A stretch of DNA of 64,000 nt from Paraspadella gotoi (Eukaryota; Animalia; Chaetognatha), in NCBI GenBank assembly GCA_051294375.1, contig CM119266.1, positions 4,648,573 to 4,712,572 of the forward strand, read 5' to 3'. The notes under the pieces are model-generated. The model was not told the DNA's origin. It searched no databases and saw only the letters and a program-made list of their open reading frames with translations. This document shows positions 54,608-64,000 of the stretch, one piece after another. Every line of letters begins with the position of its first letter. Positions within the stretch are counted from its first letter, which is position 1. The position numbers were made by a program, and so were the translations under genes.

Positions 54608-56023
54608 AATCTATCGGTCGACCAAAACAAAAGACGCTCTTGAAAATTTAAATGCTACCTAGCGCCCTCTAGATTTATATGCGTAGGTTGTTTTAATGTT
54701 TACCTTGTAGGTATCGAATCAATTTGAACTGAAAATATTTTTATTAACTTATTCTATTTATTAGTTATTATATGATTTTCGTTGAGCTAATTTTTTACGG
54801 ATAATTAGCTACCGCTTTTTTATTCCTGTAGTTATTTGTCGAATAACAAGAATTAGAAGGACGAAAAAGGAGACGGATTAAAAGACTCGGATTAAAAATC
54901 CAAATTTCATCATCGCTTCTCTCCTTTGCTCATTTTGATTCTAATTCCCGTGTTGAATTGTTGATGTTCTCAGTCATCAAATTTGACGGAAAAGCGAAAC
55001 AAATTTTTATTTAATGGCAAAAGTTTTCAGCGAGCGTTCCTTTGAATTTTCATCGTTCCTAACACTAGCGCATTATGATATTAGCATAAAAACTTATCCA
55101 GCACCTCATGAAAATATAAATAACAATTTTTCTTCGTATTCTTAAAGATTCTTATAGATAATAAGTTGTTAAAAAAATAGCTTTTTTAATGGCTTGTACT
55201 TTGCACTGAGAATCATAATGGCCTGAAGCCAAGTCTGCACTTTCCGAAAAAAAAACACAAATCATTCCTCAAAGAAACAAAAAAAATAATCAAACTATTT
55301 TTTTAATTATTTCTCTGCGGAAGAACTAAGTAAACAATACTAAAACCCTCTCCAACTTGGAGTCCAAGCCCCTTTCAGTTTAAATTTATCTTATTTTTCT
55401 TCCCTTTGACTTTTATTTTTCAACGTCTTCTTCAATATTGGGCCCGAAAGTGAAGTATTGTTCTCTCTTCGCAAATAGTTGAACAGCGGAACTGATTTCT
55501 GGTTACGTGCATAAAATCCTTTTTTCCAGTTATAATAATCGTATTCTACTGTTTGCTGGGGCACCAGGGCACCTCGATACGTTCGAGAAACAGGATATCA
55601 GACAATCTTCTTCAAAACAGGTTTTTCTTGTGCAAGAATATCTGGTTTTTCTTCCAGCACACAATGAATAGGCTTTTATCGATATAATTATTAAGAAAAT
55701 TATTTACAAATTTATTTTTTACAAATAAACAAAAAGTTTCACTTCTGCAAATTATTTATTAGGGCATTTTTCAAGAATTAAACTGAAAGTTATATGAAAT
55801 GAAGTTTTTCCGCTCCTATTTATCTAAAAAATTTTTGAAAAATCAATTTCGGTTTATCTCCCACTGCACTCATCTTAGTATGTGTTTTGATTTCTTTCAT
55901 CCTGATCCTCAGTTGCTAAAATGAAAATTTAAAATTTCTTTGCCACAATAAACTGAATTTAACTGAGGCGTAATTTGGTTCGTAACTCGTGGAGGACGAG
56001 TGCTGGCGACTACTGTCCGAAAC

Positions 56024-57702
<1,679 letters not shown>

Positions 57703-59570
57703 CGACTTCCACTGACTATCACCACGTCACGTGGCTGGTGAATGGAACCAGGTCTAGCCTTCTTATCTGCCCCCCTCTCCCCCCTTCCATTCGCTCCCTT
57801 CTCTGCTTTAGTGATAAACAGCCCCTCGGCCCTTTTCTCGGCATGCGGCCCTATTTCGCCGACTTGAAAATGCTCTACACGTTTCTGCTACTGTAGGGAA
57901 TTTTAGTGAATTTTTTTTTTTTCAGTTGTCGTCATTCTTGGGCGCGTTGAATTCTGCCGTTGAAAATTATGTCCGCCGTCTAGTTTTGAAAAAAAAATTG
58001 GGCCATATTTACAAGCGATTCTTTGTAATTAATTTCCGCGTTGAACTGTAAATTTCAGTTGTTCCTTTCACAACAATTTCGGCTGAGGATTAAAACTTTT
58101 ATTATAATCGGCGAAATAGAAATGTCCAACCGTTCATAAAAATGTTCTGCACACGATTGCGTAATATGTATCTATTGATGTCTTCACAGGATATGAATGG
58201 TGTTAAAACGTTCTCTTGTATGATAAAAGCAGACTTATACAAAACACAATGTTCGTCGAAAACTGGCTGCCTCCTTTTTACAGGATAACAACTAAGTCAT
58301 ATATGGGTTTAATTTTAAATCTGGTGAAATTTTTTTTTGTTTCACTCTTGTAGTTTTTTTCTTTTTTTTTTTTTGTAAAGCGAAGTAAACGAGTTCTTAT
58401 ATTTTATTAGTTTTCATCAAATCACAATCAATGATTCGCAGGACTTATATATTTATTAATATCATATAGTATATTGTAGATAACTTAGTTGTAATTTGAT
58501 GACCCAATTTATTTTGCGTAATCAATATTTTTTTAAATGCTCTGTCACTTTAGCATTCCCGGTAATCCTATAATGTTAAAATTGATTTATTATTAATTGT
58601 AAAAAAATTGTAATAAATCATTTTTTAGAAAGATTATTTTTTATTTCAGTTTTTAAAAAGTTTGACGAATTGAGTTTGGTTTTATATTATATATAAGTAT
58701 CAGCTAATATTAACAATTACTGATAGTCTTAAAAGTATAATTACAAAAGCATTACAGATGTATATCCGAGATTAAAACTATTAATATCAGTGCAATATTT
58801 TTTGTTGATAATATTAGGTGAAAATTAGATATTAGCCATCTGAAAAATAGAATCCTAGATTTTTAAATGACCTTTTGTTGCTACGTCAAGAGTTGATTTC
58901 CGAGACGGATGGCAGGATGGGTGGGATTCTCTGTTGGAGATTCTCGATTCGATCCTCGCTCGATCCTCCCGAGCGAAAAGATCGATCCGAGATTTCTCTA
59001 TCTCTGACGGGTTTTCGATCGTCGAGTGAGCGAACCACTCCATTGCACGATCCTCCTAAATCGATCCTTCCTCTCTTCGAGAGCAATCCACATCCCCACG
59101 CTTCCTCACCTACTACCTCTCGCCCACGCACGTTGTACACCTTCTCTTTCTAACGCCACCCTTCCCACTATACTTAGGATAGTAGAAAAGACATGATCAT
59201 CTGATGCGATTCCTTGTTTCAACAATTTCTACATCTCCCTCTTCCCGATCTTAAACAAACCTTTTTTCTCATCTCCCCCCCCTCTCAATCCGCTTATCAG
59301 AAAGCTCCACACCCCATTCTTTCTATTTTTCTTCGCGCCCCACTCATGTTTCTCGTGAGAGAGAAAGAGAGAGAGAGAGGAGAAAGAGAAAGAGAGAGAG
59401 AGAGACTCCGCTTCAACGCGCTCGTCAGACCTTTTTCACTTTTTTCGTCCGTTGCAAAGAGGCTCGTTGTTCACCTCTCGTTGCAACCAAATTTAATTAA
59501 TAATAAATTAATAATAATAATAATATAATTTTTCGTTGGGTTTATTTTTCTTCGCTGCGAATCTGACATA

Positions 59571-62996
<3,426 letters not shown>

Positions 62997-63576
62997 AGTG
63001 GAGATAAAAATTTGCATGAACGCCACCAAAAAAAATAAAAAACCAAAAAACCAAAAAAAAAACAACAAATTCAAGTCGCTCGTCCTAAAATCGAGCAACC
63101 GACCAATCCTAATGTTATATTTATTAACGTATTTATTATCTATTTGTTACGTTCAATTCGCGAAGAAATAAATACAACTTAGTGTTTACTAGCTAGTTTT
63201 TATTTTTACTCGGAAACCTCGGGATTCCTAAAAAAAATATATGAATGGATAATTTTTATATTGGTTGTACCAATTTCATATATATATATATATAAAACGC
63301 GTGATAGAAACTTGATACTTTATTGTAACAAACTGTGCATAATAAAAACAGATTGGCGATGAGTTGGGGATCAATCTCGATCATTAAAACTAAGTTAGTG
63401 ACAGATATGCCTATTTTAATATGTATTACGGTCATTAACATACAGAGATTTTTTACAAGTAGAGAATCCTCCCTTTCATTATTGTTAAGAGAGTCGATTG
63501 GATTTTGAGGAGAGACTAGAAACAAGAAAACGGATGAAACGTGGATTAGTAGGGTGAATGTCTGTAGATCTTCTCA

Positions 63577-63975
63577 TCAGTCGTTCGAAGCGCCCTCATA
63601 CCTAAATAGAAAATGATTAATTCATGTAAATTGCCAAAAGTCGCTTAATATCGAAGTCACAATCATAGAGTTATAAAAAGGGTCACAAATATTCAAACTT
63701 CTTACAATTTACTAACAAATGCAAATTAGATTGAACTTAATTTTCTTTGGGTACAATAATTCTTACTTGGCTAATTTGGTTCTCAAGTCCTTGATTACGT
63801 TGTTTTTTTGCCCAAGCATTTTTTTCAGGTTTTGATAGACGCTCGTTTGCGCAAACTTTTTCTCCAACTGTTGCTCGGCCGTTTCGAGCTGCTCGTGAAC
63901 GCGAAGGAGTTCGTGTTTAGCCGAAGTCAATTCGTCGCCGAGAAGCGCTTCCTTTGTCGTCGACGAAGACGCCGT
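63577..63975 (-). CDS. LZTFL1: Leucine zipper transcription factor-like 1 (BBS17), last two exons; rest of gene lies beyond the window
   Basis: Exons 63975-63767 and 63601-63577: ELTSAKHELLRVHEQLETAEQQLEKKFAQTSVYQNLKKMLGQKNNVIKDLRTKLAKYEGASND*, matching the recalled LZTFL1 C-terminus (AKHDLLRVQEQL..EKELEKKFQQT..Y.N). Confidence 0.88.
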
Positions 63976-64000
63976 CTGGATTGTTAAAGGGAACGCCCTC

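Noticed and set aside
55390-55600. ~70-codon open minus-strand frame upstream of GOLPH3
   Set aside because: No ATG, splice partner or motif.
55677-55684. DRE motif TATCGATA upstream of GOLPH3 (also 44739-44746)
   Set aside because: An 8-mer is expected by chance in AT-rich DNA; no TSS evidence.

Overview
AT-rich, intron-rich eukaryotic (invertebrate metazoan-type) genomic window with GC/CpG-rich exons. Nine consecutive + strand genes: a GSE1/plexus-like gene (5'-partial, 75-28570), a Rubicon-homology (PLEKHM1/DEF8-like) gene, DOT1L, MGAT1, PFDN6, a TMCC-family gene, a 2OG-Fe(II) oxygenase-like gene, GOLPH3 and a divergent alpha-tubulin. The last two exons of LZTFL1 follow on the - strand. 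A multi-exon EEIG1/FAM102 (NT-C2) gene, whose core exons are all too short for the ORF track, is nested antisense in a large intron of the GSE1-like gene. Introns are full of mobile DNA: a Penelope-like retroelement with inverted terminal repeats, four minimal hammerhead ribozyme motifs, a highly structured ~256 bp TGT...ATA element with 4-bp TSDs (4 copies plus a fragment, one split by a nested hAT-like element), tRNA-Gly-like elements with an unexpected 5' hairpin, Helentron/DINE-like elements, and Tc1/pogo/Merlin-like MITEs. Gene models were assembled by hand from splice sites and reading-frame phase, and family names come from recalled motifs; no database search was run.
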